Below, piece after piece: positions 46,460 to 55,352 of a stretch of 64,000 nt of DNA. Every line of letters starts with the position of its first letter. Within the stretch, counting starts at the first letter, position 1. Below the pieces are notes generated by a model. The model saw only the letters and a program-made list of their open reading frames with translations, was not told the DNA's origin and ran no database searches. The position numbers and the translations under genes were made by a program. This stretch comes from an uncultured Lachnospiraceae bacterium (GTDB lineage: Bacteria > Bacillota > Clostridia > Lachnospirales > Lachnospiraceae), in the NCBI GenBank assembly GCA_902779305.1, contig CACZBD010000007.1, positions 88,760-152,759 of the forward strand, given 5' to 3'.

Positions 46460-47667
46460 TTGTAAAACAGTATCAGGGAAAAACAGAAGAAGAAGCGATC
46501 GCAAAAGCGAAAAAAGAACTGGGCGAAAATGTGACGATCATGGGTGTTAAAAAAGTCAGGAGAGGCTTTTTTGGATTCCTTCGTCCCAAGATCGTGGAGC
46601 TGAATGCCGCGATCGAGGAAGAACAGGAACGTCCGATGACCAGGCAGTCACTTCCGCCGCTGAAACCGGTAAGGCCTGCAAACCCGGCAAAAATGCCGAA
46701 TCCGCAGATCATTCCGGAACCGGCCGGTCCTGTTAAGGAAGAAAAGACTGAAAAAAGCGAGAAAACGGATAGCGGGATCGAAGCCAAGCTGGAAAGTCTT
46801 CACAGTCTGATCGAACAGCAGCTGGTCAAGGAAAATGACCGGGAGATCAAATCTTCTTCCAATACCGAAGACAGTGATGTCGAGTTCATGAAATTGATCT
46901 ACAATACGCTGATCGATAATGAAGTGGACGAGAAGTATGTCAATGAACTGCTTGACGAAGTGGAACGCGTGAAGTCGCAAAAAGCGTCCATCGATTCGGT
47001 GCTTTCCATTATTTATCAGAAGATGATCCTGATGTTCGGGCAGCCGAGCATCATTACACCCGCGCAGTCCGGTTGCCGCCTGATCTTTTTCGTGGGCCCG
47101 ACCGGTGTCGGGAAAACGACGACCATTGCCAAGATCGCGTCCAAACTCAGTGTCAATGACAAAAAGAAGGTAGTACTTCTGACTGCCGATACATACAGGA
47201 TCGCAGCAACGGAGCAGCTTCGCACCTATGCGAATATCATGGATACTCCGTTCCGCGTGATCTATGATGCGGATGAAATGGCTGCGGCGGTACAGGATTT
47301 CAGAGATGCCGATTATATCCTGGTGGATACGGCGGGACATTCTCATACCAATGAAGAACAGAGAGCCGGTATGCTGGAGAAGATCAACTGCGTTGATGAA
47401 ACCATCGAAAAAGAGGTCTTTCTGGTGGTTTCCGCTACCACCAAATACCGCGATCTGTTGAGCATAGCAGATGCATACAAACAACTGTCGGACTACCGTC
47501 TGATCTTTACCAAACTGGATGAGACCACGACGCTTGGGAATCTGTTCAATCTGCGCATGCATACAGGCGCGGATATGTCCTATGTGACATGCGGACAGGA
47601 TGTCCCCGACGATATAGAAGTGTTCAGTCCGCAGAGCACCGTGAAACAGCTTTTGGGAGGCAGATGA
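46456..47667 (+). CDS. flhF: Flagellar SRP-type GTPase FlhF
   Basis: 403 aa. Basic N-terminus, and an NG domain with GPTGVGKTTT, DTAG and TKLDET. It has a GTG start overlapping the flhA stop. Confidence 0.92.
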   Translation: MIVKQYQGKTEEEAIAKAKKELGENVTIMGVKKVRRGFFGFLRPKIVELNAAIEEEQERPMTRQSLPPLKPVRPANPAKMPNPQIIPEPAGPVKEEKTEKSEKTDSGIEAKLESLHSLIEQQLVKENDREIKSSSNTEDSDVEFMKLIYNTLIDNEVDEKYVNELLDEVERVKSQKASIDSVLSIIYQKMILMFGQPSIITPAQSGCRLIFFVGPTGVGKTTTIAKIASKLSVNDKKKVVLLTADTYRIAATEQLRTYANIMDTPFRVIYDADEMAAAVQDFRDADYILVDTAGHSHTNEEQRAGMLEKINCVDETIEKEVFLVVSATTKYRDLLSIADAYKQLSDYRLIFTKLDETTTLGNLFNLRMHTGADMSYVTCGQDVPDDIEVFSPQSTVKQLLGGR

Positions 47668-47668
47668 T

Positions 47669-48556
47669 ATGGATCAGGCGGAACAGTTAAGAAATATCAT
47701 CAAAAATCAGGCACCGAAACAGCGTCCCACAGCCAGAGTGATCACGGTCACCAGTGGAAAGGGAGGCGTCGGCAAGTCCAACGTTTCCATTAATCTGGCG
47801 GTGCAGCTCAGGAGAATGGGCCAGCGGGTCATCATTTTCGACGCGGATTTCGGACTTGCGAATATTGAGGTCATGTTTGGCGCGGTTCCGAAACATAACC
47901 TGAGTGATCTGATCTATCAGGGAAAAAACATCCGAGAGATCATCACCATGGGACCGATGGATATCGGCTTCATCTCCGGCGGCTCCGGAATCGCCGGGCT
48001 GTCCAATCTGGGACGGGATTATATCAACTACCTGATCCAGAATCTTGCCGAACTGGACATGCTTGCAGATGTGATCATCATCGATACCGGCGCCGGGATC
48101 TCCGATGCGGTCATCGAATTCCTTGTGGCAAGCGGCGAAGTGCTTTTGGTCACAACGCCGGAACCGACCAGTATCACCGATTCCTATTCTTTGCTCAAAG
48201 CATTGAACCGTCATCCGCATTTCAACCGTGAAATGACGAAGATCAAGGTGATCACAAATAAAGTCGGGAACTATGAGGAAGGAAGGCAGCTGTTTTCGAA
48301 ACTGAATGCGGTTGTCAGCCGGTATTTAAAGATTCCGATCACTTTTGTGGGAGTGATCCCGGAGGATCCGCAGCTTTTGAAAGCGATCATGAAGCAGACG
48401 CCGATCTCCATCGAGAATCCGAATGCAAAATCCAGCATCGCATTCCGGGATCTTGCGGTCACACTGGTGAACGGCGGAAACGATCCGGTATTCAGAAAAT
48501 ACGGCATGGCCGGTTTTTTCGCAAATATAGTAAGAGGAAATATAAACAAGGGGTGA
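47669..48556 (+). CDS. flhG: MinD/ParA-type ATPase FlhG (YlxH/FleN)
   Basis: 295 aa. Deviant Walker A SGKGGVGKS, and its position follows flhF. Confidence 0.9.
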   Translation: MDQAEQLRNIIKNQAPKQRPTARVITVTSGKGGVGKSNVSINLAVQLRRMGQRVIIFDADFGLANIEVMFGAVPKHNLSDLIYQGKNIREIITMGPMDIGFISGGSGIAGLSNLGRDYINYLIQNLAELDMLADVIIIDTGAGISDAVIEFLVASGEVLLVTTPEPTSITDSYSLLKALNRHPHFNREMTKIKVITNKVGNYEEGRQLFSKLNAVVSRYLKIPITFVGVIPEDPQLLKAIMKQTPISIENPNAKSSIAFRDLAVTLVNGGNDPVFRKYGMAGFFANIVRGNINKG

Positions 48557-48560
48557 TGCT

Positions 48561-49298
48561 ATGTTATCAAAATATGTCAGTATCGGAGATAAACTGGATC
48601 TTGAGACGATCGAAGGACTGAATGATGCTCTGACGAATTCTCATGAAGGAAAGAAGAGTTACAGAAGCCAGGTCTATGATATCGTGTCCGAAGATCAGAT
48701 CAAGATCGCAATGCCGATGGAGCAGGGCAAGATCATTCTGCTTCCGGTTGACGGCGAATATAACGTTTGCTTCTATACGCAGACCGGCCTGTATCAGTGC
48801 CTTGGCAGGATCATTGACCGGTATAAGAGTGACAATGTGTTCGTTCTTGTAGTGGAACTGACTACGGATCTTCGGAAATATCAGCGCAGGGAATATTACC
48901 GTCTGAATTGTGTTTTGGATATGAAATCCAGGGAAGTAACGGATGAAGACGTGAACCCGTACAGTGAAAGAGTCCGCTTTGTCGATACGGATATCACATT
49001 CAACAACGGACTGGTTGTGGATATTTCCGGCGGCGGCGCCAGATTTATTTCCAGAGTCCGCTATCCGAAGGGGGCGAACATCCAGTTCATCTTTTCGCTG
49101 TATGTCAGCGGATCCTTAAACGAGTATAAATTGCTCGGAAAAGTCCTGCTATCGGAAAAACTCGAGAACAGGGAGGACGAATACGAACACCGCATTCAGT
49201 TCGTGAACATTCAGAATGATGACAGGGAAAGCATCATCCGCTACATCTTTGAAGAGGAACGAAAGAACAGACACAGACAGAGGTCGAACTATCTATGA
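48561..49298 (+). CDS. PilZ-domain c-di-GMP receptor (YcgR/MotI-like 'flagellar brake' architecture)
   Basis: 245 aa. RRxxxR (QRREYYR, 48885-48902) and D-x-S-x-x-G (DISGGGA, 49020-49037) are in PilZ spacing, with an N-terminal YcgR-N-like beta-rich domain. Confidence 0.8.
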   Translation: MLSKYVSIGDKLDLETIEGLNDALTNSHEGKKSYRSQVYDIVSEDQIKIAMPMEQGKIILLPVDGEYNVCFYTQTGLYQCLGRIIDRYKSDNVFVLVVELTTDLRKYQRREYYRLNCVLDMKSREVTDEDVNPYSERVRFVDTDITFNNGLVVDISGGGARFISRVRYPKGANIQFIFSLYVSGSLNEYKLLGKVLLSEKLENREDEYEHRIQFVNIQNDDRESIIRYIFEEERKNRHRQRSNYL

Positions 49299-50440
49299 AG
49301 AAAAAAATTCTCATAATTGATGACTCTGCACTCATGAGAAGGATGTGGCGTGATATAATAGCAACAGACGACAGATTCGAGGCCACAGACTTTGCTGTCA
49401 ACGGGGCAGAAGGATTCAAACGGATCGTAGCCGGAAACTATGATGCCGTTGTCCTGGATGTATACATGCCGCAGATGACAGGATTGCAGATGCTCGAGGA
49501 AATGCAGAAGAGCAATGTGCATGCCAATGTACTCATGGCTTCGACAACGACCAGGGAAGGCGCAAGGGAAACGCTGACCGCTCTGGAACTCGGCGCGATC
49601 GATTTTATCACAAAACCGGAGAACGTCGCCGATACCAGAAACGATGCGTTTCGAAACAGATTTCTGGATCTCCTTTGGACCGTATCCAATGCCAATCCGG
49701 CGGCGGCCAGGAGACCGAAGCAGACTAATTCGTCGGAACACAGGACGTTTGAGGCACGCTATGATGTGAATTTTCACACCGCAAAGCCGAATAGTCCGGC
49801 ACCCGAACCCGCTAAGCCTTTTACCGTAACACCTTCGCCGGTTGCTTTTCCGAAAGGAAGAGGAGGCAAGATCGTTGCGATCGCCTGTTCCACGGGTGGA
49901 CCGAAGGCGCTGCAGCATGTGATCCCGAAGCTTCCGAAGAACCTTTACGCGCCGGTACTCCTGGTACAGCACATGCCCAAGGGATTTACCCTTTCCCTTG
50001 CGGAACACCTGAATGAACAGAGTGCTGTTGTTGTCGAAGAAGCCAAAGAGAACACGCGTCTGGAGAACGGACATGTCTATGTTGCCCCGGGCGGGAAACA
50101 CCTGAAAGCCGTTCACAGAAACAATGCATATTTTCTGCAATGTACGGACGAGCCGACCAGAGAGGGCGTGAAGCCCTGCGCAAACTACATGTTTGAATCC
50201 CTGATCGATTCGGCCTTTGAAGAAGTCGTTTGTGTTGTCATGACCGGCATGGGATCTGACGGCACCGAAGGGATCGTAAATCTCTCCAAATCCAAAAAGA
50301 TCCATGTGATCGCGCAGAATGAGGAGACCTGTACGGTTTACGGAATGCCGAGAAGCATCGTATTGTCGGGACTGGCGGATGATGTTGTACCGCTTGAAGA
50401 AGTGGCGGTTCAGATTATTAAGGAAGTGGGGGTACAGTGA
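49295..50440 (+). CDS. cheB: Chemotaxis methylesterase/deamidase CheB (REC plus CheB_methylest domains)
   Basis: 381 aa. REC domain (ILIIDDSALMR, VVLDVYMPQMTG) and a catalytic domain (IACSTGGPKAL, VQHMP, GMGSDG). Confidence 0.93.
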   Translation: MKKKILIIDDSALMRRMWRDIIATDDRFEATDFAVNGAEGFKRIVAGNYDAVVLDVYMPQMTGLQMLEEMQKSNVHANVLMASTTTREGARETLTALELGAIDFITKPENVADTRNDAFRNRFLDLLWTVSNANPAAARRPKQTNSSEHRTFEARYDVNFHTAKPNSPAPEPAKPFTVTPSPVAFPKGRGGKIVAIACSTGGPKALQHVIPKLPKNLYAPVLLVQHMPKGFTLSLAEHLNEQSAVVVEEAKENTRLENGHVYVAPGGKHLKAVHRNNAYFLQCTDEPTREGVKPCANYMFESLIDSAFEEVVCVVMTGMGSDGTEGIVNLSKSKKIHVIAQNEETCTVYGMPRSIVLSGLADDVVPLEEVAVQIIKEVGVQ

Positions 50441-50442
50441 TT

Positions 50443-52587
50443 ATGGATGTAAGCCAATATTTAGAGATCTTTCTTGACGAGACAAGTGAGCATTTACAGT
50501 CATTGAGCGATCAGCTGATGATCCTGGAAAATGAGCCCGAAAACGAAGATACGATCAACGAGATCTTCCGTGCGGCGCATTCCTTAAAAGGTATGGCAGG
50601 CACGATGGGCTATAAGAGGATGCAGAACCTGACGCATGACATGGAAAATGTGTTCTCCGAAGTCAGAAACGGGAAGATGAAAGTCAGCTCACACCTGATC
50701 GATGTACTGTTCCAGGCACTTGATGCATTGGAAGAGTATAAGAACACGATCCAGGAAACGCAGGACGAAGGTACCAACGACAATGAAGCGATCATTAAGG
50801 AACTGCAGCAGATCCTTGATGAGGGTACCGGTGCTTCCGCGCCCGAGGCTGCGCCTGCAGACTCTGCCAAAGAGAAAGCAGAAGAGAAGCCGCAGGAAGA
50901 AGCGGCAGCCGATGCGGCAGGTTCCGATGACGGCGATCAGAAATGGAAATCCGTCAAACTGCAGGAGCATGAGATCGGCGTTATGAAAGAAGCGCTCGGC
51001 AAAGGCATGCATGTATACGGATGCACCGTTTACGTGCAGGAAACCTGTATTTTGAAGGCGGCGCGCGCATTCCTGGTGTTCAAGGCTCTTGAAGAACTCG
51101 GTGAGATCATCGTATCGGTACCGAGCGCACAGGATATAGAAGATGAACATTTTGATTTTGACTTCAGCGTCTTTGTTGTTTCCGAAAGTTCTTTTGATCA
51201 GGTAAAAAGCGCGATCATGAGCGTTTCGGAGATCGACCGCATGGTCGGCGAAGAGATCAAAGCAAATTCCGCATTCCTTGCCGGAGCAGGCGCGGAAGAA
51301 GCATCCGAAGCGGATTCGGAAAGCGCAAAAGCAAGCGAAGAAACGGCCCCTGTTCCCGTACAGCAGACAACGACGGCACCGGCTGCACAGCAGACAACGG
51401 GCAAGAAGAACCAGAATGCCGGCAAACCTGTTGTAAACAGAACCGTTCGTGTAGATATCGAGAAACTGGATGTTCTGATGAATCTGGTCAGCGAGCTGAT
51501 CATCGCCAAGAACTCCATCGTTTCTTTCTCCAATGCCGTAAGCGAAGGCACCAACGGTTTCAATGAACAGATCGAATACTTAGAGAGCGTTACGACCAAC
51601 CTTCATGAATCCGTCATGAAAGTTCGAATGGTCCCCATTGAGAGCGTTGTCAATAAATTCCCGAGAATGATCCGCGATCTGTCCAAGAAGCTCAACAAGA
51701 AGATGGAACTGTTCATGACCGGTGAAGAGACAGAACTGGACCGTACCGTTGTGGACGAGATCGGTGATCCGCTGATGCATCTGCTTCGTAATTCCGCAGA
51801 CCATGGCCTTGAGCCGAATGATTTCCGTGTACAGAACGGCAAGCCCGAAGTCGGATCGATCTTCTTAGATGCTTATCAGGACGGTAACAACGTCGTGATC
51901 GAAGTCAGGGATGACGGCCGCGGTATTGATGTTGCGGCGGTCAAGGCAAAAGCGATCGAGCGCGGCACGATCACACCGGAACAGGCTGAAAACATGTCTG
52001 ACAAAGAGATCATCGATCTGCTGTTCCTTCCGAGCTTTTCGACGGCTAAGGTCGTATCCGATGTCAGCGGACGAGGCGTCGGCCTGGATGTTGTGAAATC
52101 CAAGATCGAAGCGCTCGGCGGCGATGTTTCCGTAAAGACTAAACTCGGCGAAGGCTCCACCTTTGCGATCCGCCTTCCTCTGACACTTGCGATCATTCAG
52201 GCTCTGATGGTTTCCGTCGGCGGTGAGAAATATGCGATCTCCTTAGGTTCCATTCAGACGATCGAGAATATCACCAATGACGACATCAAGTACGTGGAAG
52301 CGAATGAAGTGATCCATTTGAGAGGCAGCGTGATCCCGCTTGTCCGTCTTGACCAGATCCTCGGCGTGGAATCGCAGAGAAATCCGGAAGATGATCTGAT
52401 CGTTGCCATCGTGAAGAAGGGTGACGCGCTTGCAGGACTTGTTGTTGACGAACTTCTCGGACAGCAGGAGATCGTTATCAAGTCTCTCGGAAAATACATT
52501 AACTGCTCCAGCCGCCTGATCAGTGGTGCCACGATCTTAGGTGACGGCGAAGTCGCATTGATCATTGATGCGAATGTATTGATCTAG
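50443..52587 (+). CDS. cheA: Chemotaxis histidine kinase CheA
   Basis: Hpt domain with FRAAHSLKGMAG, a dimerisation domain, HATPase (HLLRNSADHG, DDGRGID, GRGVGLDVV), and a CheW-like P5 domain. The start is ATG 50443. Confidence 0.95.
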   Translation: MDVSQYLEIFLDETSEHLQSLSDQLMILENEPENEDTINEIFRAAHSLKGMAGTMGYKRMQNLTHDMENVFSEVRNGKMKVSSHLIDVLFQALDALEEYKNTIQETQDEGTNDNEAIIKELQQILDEGTGASAPEAAPADSAKEKAEEKPQEEAAADAAGSDDGDQKWKSVKLQEHEIGVMKEALGKGMHVYGCTVYVQETCILKAARAFLVFKALEELGEIIVSVPSAQDIEDEHFDFDFSVFVVSESSFDQVKSAIMSVSEIDRMVGEEIKANSAFLAGAGAEEASEADSESAKASEETAPVPVQQTTTAPAAQQTTGKKNQNAGKPVVNRTVRVDIEKLDVLMNLVSELIIAKNSIVSFSNAVSEGTNGFNEQIEYLESVTTNLHESVMKVRMVPIESVVNKFPRMIRDLSKKLNKKMELFMTGEETELDRTVVDEIGDPLMHLLRNSADHGLEPNDFRVQNGKPEVGSIFLDAYQDGNNVVIEVRDDGRGIDVAAVKAKAIERGTITPEQAENMSDKEIIDLLFLPSFSTAKVVSDVSGRGVGLDVVKSKIEALGGDVSVKTKLGEGSTFAIRLPLTLAIIQALMVSVGGEKYAISLGSIQTIENITNDDIKYVEANEVIHLRGSVIPLVRLDQILGVESQRNPEDDLIVAIVKKGDALAGLVVDELLGQQEIVIKSLGKYINCSSRLISGATILGDGEVALIIDANVLI

Positions 52588-52604
52588 AGGAGGGAGGAAT
52601 AGAC

Positions 52605-53057
52605 ATGGATGAATTAAAAGCAATCGGCGAATATGATACCACGCAATATATCGTGATCGACATCGGTGATGAACAGTATGGGATCGATATCAAGTTTGTT
52701 GAGAATATCGTGCGTATGCAGAGCATCACCAGAGTCCCCAACGTGCAGGAATATTTTAAAGGCGTTATCAACCTGCGCGGTGAAGTGGTTCCGGTCATGA
52801 GTTTAAGAAAAAAACTGAATCTGGAAGATGATGAGATCACAAACAAGACCCGTATCATCATCATCAAACTCGAAGCGAATGCACCCATCGGTGTGATCGT
52901 TGATGAGGTAAAAGAAGTAGTGACACTGGAGAACAGCAGTGTTGATTCCGTATCCAGAAGTTCCCAGAAGGATGAGATTTCCTACATTAACGGGATCGGG
53001 AAGACCGGTGACACGCTGATCTCCCTGCTGGATCTCAACATGATCATTGCAGAGTAG
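52605..53057 (+). CDS. cheW: Chemotaxis coupling protein CheW
   Basis: 150 aa. QYIVIDIGDEQYGIDIKFV..I..VP.....GVINLRGEVVPV. Confidence 0.93.
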   Translation: MDELKAIGEYDTTQYIVIDIGDEQYGIDIKFVENIVRMQSITRVPNVQEYFKGVINLRGEVVPVMSLRKKLNLEDDEITNKTRIIIIKLEANAPIGVIVDEVKEVVTLENSSVDSVSRSSQKDEISYINGIGKTGDTLISLLDLNMIIAE

Positions 53058-53085
53058 TCTTTCTAAGAGAGGATGAGGAGAAGGT

Positions 53086-53697
53086 ATGGCAAAAGTTGAC
53101 CTGGAGAATATGGACGGTGTCTATTTTGACGTTCTGAAGGAGATCGGAAACATCGGAGCCGGCAATGCAACAACTGCGCTGGCGCAGCTTCTGAATCAGA
53201 AAGTCGATATGAAAGTGCCTAAAGTCGCACTTTTGGAATTTTCCGAAGTCGGCGAAGCCATGGGCGGCGAAGAGCAGCTGATGGCCGGCATTTACCAGCT
53301 GGTCGAAGGTGATATTACCGGAAGCATCATGTTTCTTCTGGAGGAAAAATCAGCCAGAACGCTGGTTTCTTCCCTGATGGGGACACCGCCTTCGGATGGA
53401 GATTTTACGGAAATGGAATTGTCCGCGCTCAAAGAGATCGGCAATATCATTACGGGTTCCTACCTCTCCTCCTTATCCATGCTGACAAACTTAAAGATCA
53501 TTTCCTCGATCCCGGCGATCAGTATCGATATGGCAGGTGCGATCATGAGCGTTCCTGCGATCGAGTTTGGCGCATTGGGAGACAAGATCCTGTTAATTCA
53601 GACAGCCTTTTCGGATGATATTGAACTGGATGGATATTTTATCCTGGTTCCCGATCTGGAATCCTATGAAAAAATCTTATCTTCAATAGGAATGTGA
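53086..53697 (+). CDS. cheC: CheY-P phosphatase CheC
   Basis: 203 aa. It has two CheC repeats (DVLKEIGNIGAGNATTAL and SALKEIGNIITGSYLSSL). Confidence 0.9.
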   Translation: MAKVDLENMDGVYFDVLKEIGNIGAGNATTALAQLLNQKVDMKVPKVALLEFSEVGEAMGGEEQLMAGIYQLVEGDITGSIMFLLEEKSARTLVSSLMGTPPSDGDFTEMELSALKEIGNIITGSYLSSLSMLTNLKIISSIPAISIDMAGAIMSVPAIEFGALGDKILLIQTAFSDDIELDGYFILVPDLESYEKILSSIGM

Positions 53698-53708
53698 GGT
53701 AGGTCTGC

Positions 53709-54194
53709 ATGAGCACCATGATCAAAGTCGGAATGGCCGATTTGAAAATATGTAAAGCGCCGGACGCGATCACCACACTGGGTCTCGGTTCCTGTGTCGG
53801 GATCGCGTTGCGTGACCCGGTCACAAAAGTCGGCGGGCTCGCCCATATCATGCTTCCTGACAGTAAAGCGATCCAGGGCGTTTCGCATGTTCCGAAATTT
53901 GCAGATACGGGAATTGAAGAACTGGTAAAGGTTGTTGTGCAGGCAGGCGCAACCAGAAGCAGACTCGTTGCGAAGATCGCGGGCGGTGCACAGATGTTCT
54001 CTTTTCAGAACAAGAGTGAACTGATGACTGTCGGCGCAAGAAATGTGGAAGCGGTCACCAGGATCTTAAAGGAAATGAAGATCCCGATCCTTGCACAGGA
54101 TACCGGTGAGAACTTTGGACGTACCGTTGAATTCTTTCCGGAATCCGGAGATTTTGTGATCAAGGCGGTAGGAAAACCGGTCAAGACGATATAG
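53709..54194 (+). CDS. cheD: Chemoreceptor glutamine deamidase CheD
   Basis: 161 aa. LGSCVGIAL (catalytic Cys), GLAHIMLP, and KI(A)GGAQMF. Confidence 0.9.
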   Translation: MSTMIKVGMADLKICKAPDAITTLGLGSCVGIALRDPVTKVGGLAHIMLPDSKAIQGVSHVPKFADTGIEELVKVVVQAGATRSRLVAKIAGGAQMFSFQNKSELMTVGARNVEAVTRILKEMKIPILAQDTGENFGRTVEFFPESGDFVIKAVGKPVKTI

Positions 54195-54202
54195 GAATTG
54201 CC

Positions 54203-54523
54203 ATGAATACCAGAAAAATACCTGCATTGATCATGCTTTGCGCAGGCTCCATTGCCTGTGTCATGATGTATTTTAATCACTATAATCTCAAAGACATGCT
54301 GATCGTCCTGATCTTTGTTCTGGTGATTTTTTTGTTTATCGGGATGGTCGTCAAAGGGATTTTGGATTCCATACATCTGCCGTCGGAGGATGCGGTCGGT
54401 CCGGACGGAGAAGTGATCGAGAAGAAAGAAGAAGAACAGACAGAAGGTGAAGAAGGCGATCACGCCGAAGCAGGAGAAGGGGAAAATCCTTCCGAAACCG
54501 AGGCAGGAAATTCATCGCAATAA
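54203..54523 (+). CDS. Small two-TM membrane protein with an acidic C-terminal tail (unknown function)
   Basis: 106 aa. It has two hydrophobic segments and then EKKEEEQTEGEEGDHAEAGEGENPSETE. It is tightly packed between cheD and sigD, and the RBS is weak. Confidence 0.55.
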   Translation: MNTRKIPALIMLCAGSIACVMMYFNHYNLKDMLIVLIFVLVIFLFIGMVVKGILDSIHLPSEDAVGPDGEVIEKKEEEQTEGEEGDHAEAGEGENPSETEAGNSSQ

Positions 54524-54548
54524 CCGGATCTTACAGGGGAAGTAGTCT

Positions 54549-55328
54549 ATGGAGGGGAAAATGGACGATGCCGGAAAAATGAAGTTGTGGCAGACTTACG
54601 CGGTAAGTCCCAGCGCCGAACTTCGTGAAAAGATCATATTGGAGTATGCTCCGCTGGTCAAGGTCGTGGCCGGCCGTTTGTCCATGTACCTTGGCTACAA
54701 TGTGGAGTATGACGATCTCGTAAGCTATGGGATCTTTGGGCTGATCGATGCGATCGACAAATTTGATGCTACAAAGGCTGTCAAGTTTGAAACTTATGCC
54801 AGCCTTCGGATCCGTGGCGCAATTCTTGACCAGATCCGTAAAATGGACTGGATTCCCAGAACCGTCAGACAGCGGCAGAAACAGATCACCGCTGCGATCA
54901 AGGAAATAGAGGCGACAACCGGACGCAGTGCCACCGATGAAGAAATTGCCGCATCCTTAGGACTCAGCACGGACGAATATGATGACTGGCAGTCACAGAT
55001 GAAAGTCACGAATGTTGTGTCTTTGGATGAGTTTGTGGAGCAGGGCAGTGAACTTTCGGATAATGCCGGCCTTTCCTCACAGATCGACCGCCCGGAAGAA
55101 GCGATCGAAAAAGAAGAACTGAAAAAGATGCTGATGGAAGCACTGGATCAGCTGACAGAGAAAGAAAGAAAAGTCATTCTGCTTTATTATTACGAAGAAC
55201 TGACCCTTAAGGAGATCAGTCACATCTTAGAAGTTTCGGAGTCCAGGGTTTCTCAGCTTCATACAAAAGCGCTTCAGAAGATGAAGGGTAAAATGGGGAA
55301 ATACATGGGCATTATTTTGGAAGCATAA
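54549..55328 (+). CDS. sigD: Flagellar sigma factor SigD/FliA (sigma-28)
   Basis: 259 aa. Region 2 (DDLVSYGIFGLIDAIDKFD..FETYA..RIRGAILD) and region 4 (LTLKEISHILEVSESRVSQLHTKAL). Confidence 0.93.
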   Translation: MEGKMDDAGKMKLWQTYAVSPSAELREKIILEYAPLVKVVAGRLSMYLGYNVEYDDLVSYGIFGLIDAIDKFDATKAVKFETYASLRIRGAILDQIRKMDWIPRTVRQRQKQITAAIKEIEATTGRSATDEEIAASLGLSTDEYDDWQSQMKVTNVVSLDEFVEQGSELSDNAGLSSQIDRPEEAIEKEELKKMLMEALDQLTEKERKVILLYYYEELTLKEISHILEVSESRVSQLHTKALQKMKGKMGKYMGIILEA

Positions 55329-55352
55329 ACTTGCAGAATTATTGGGGGCCAT

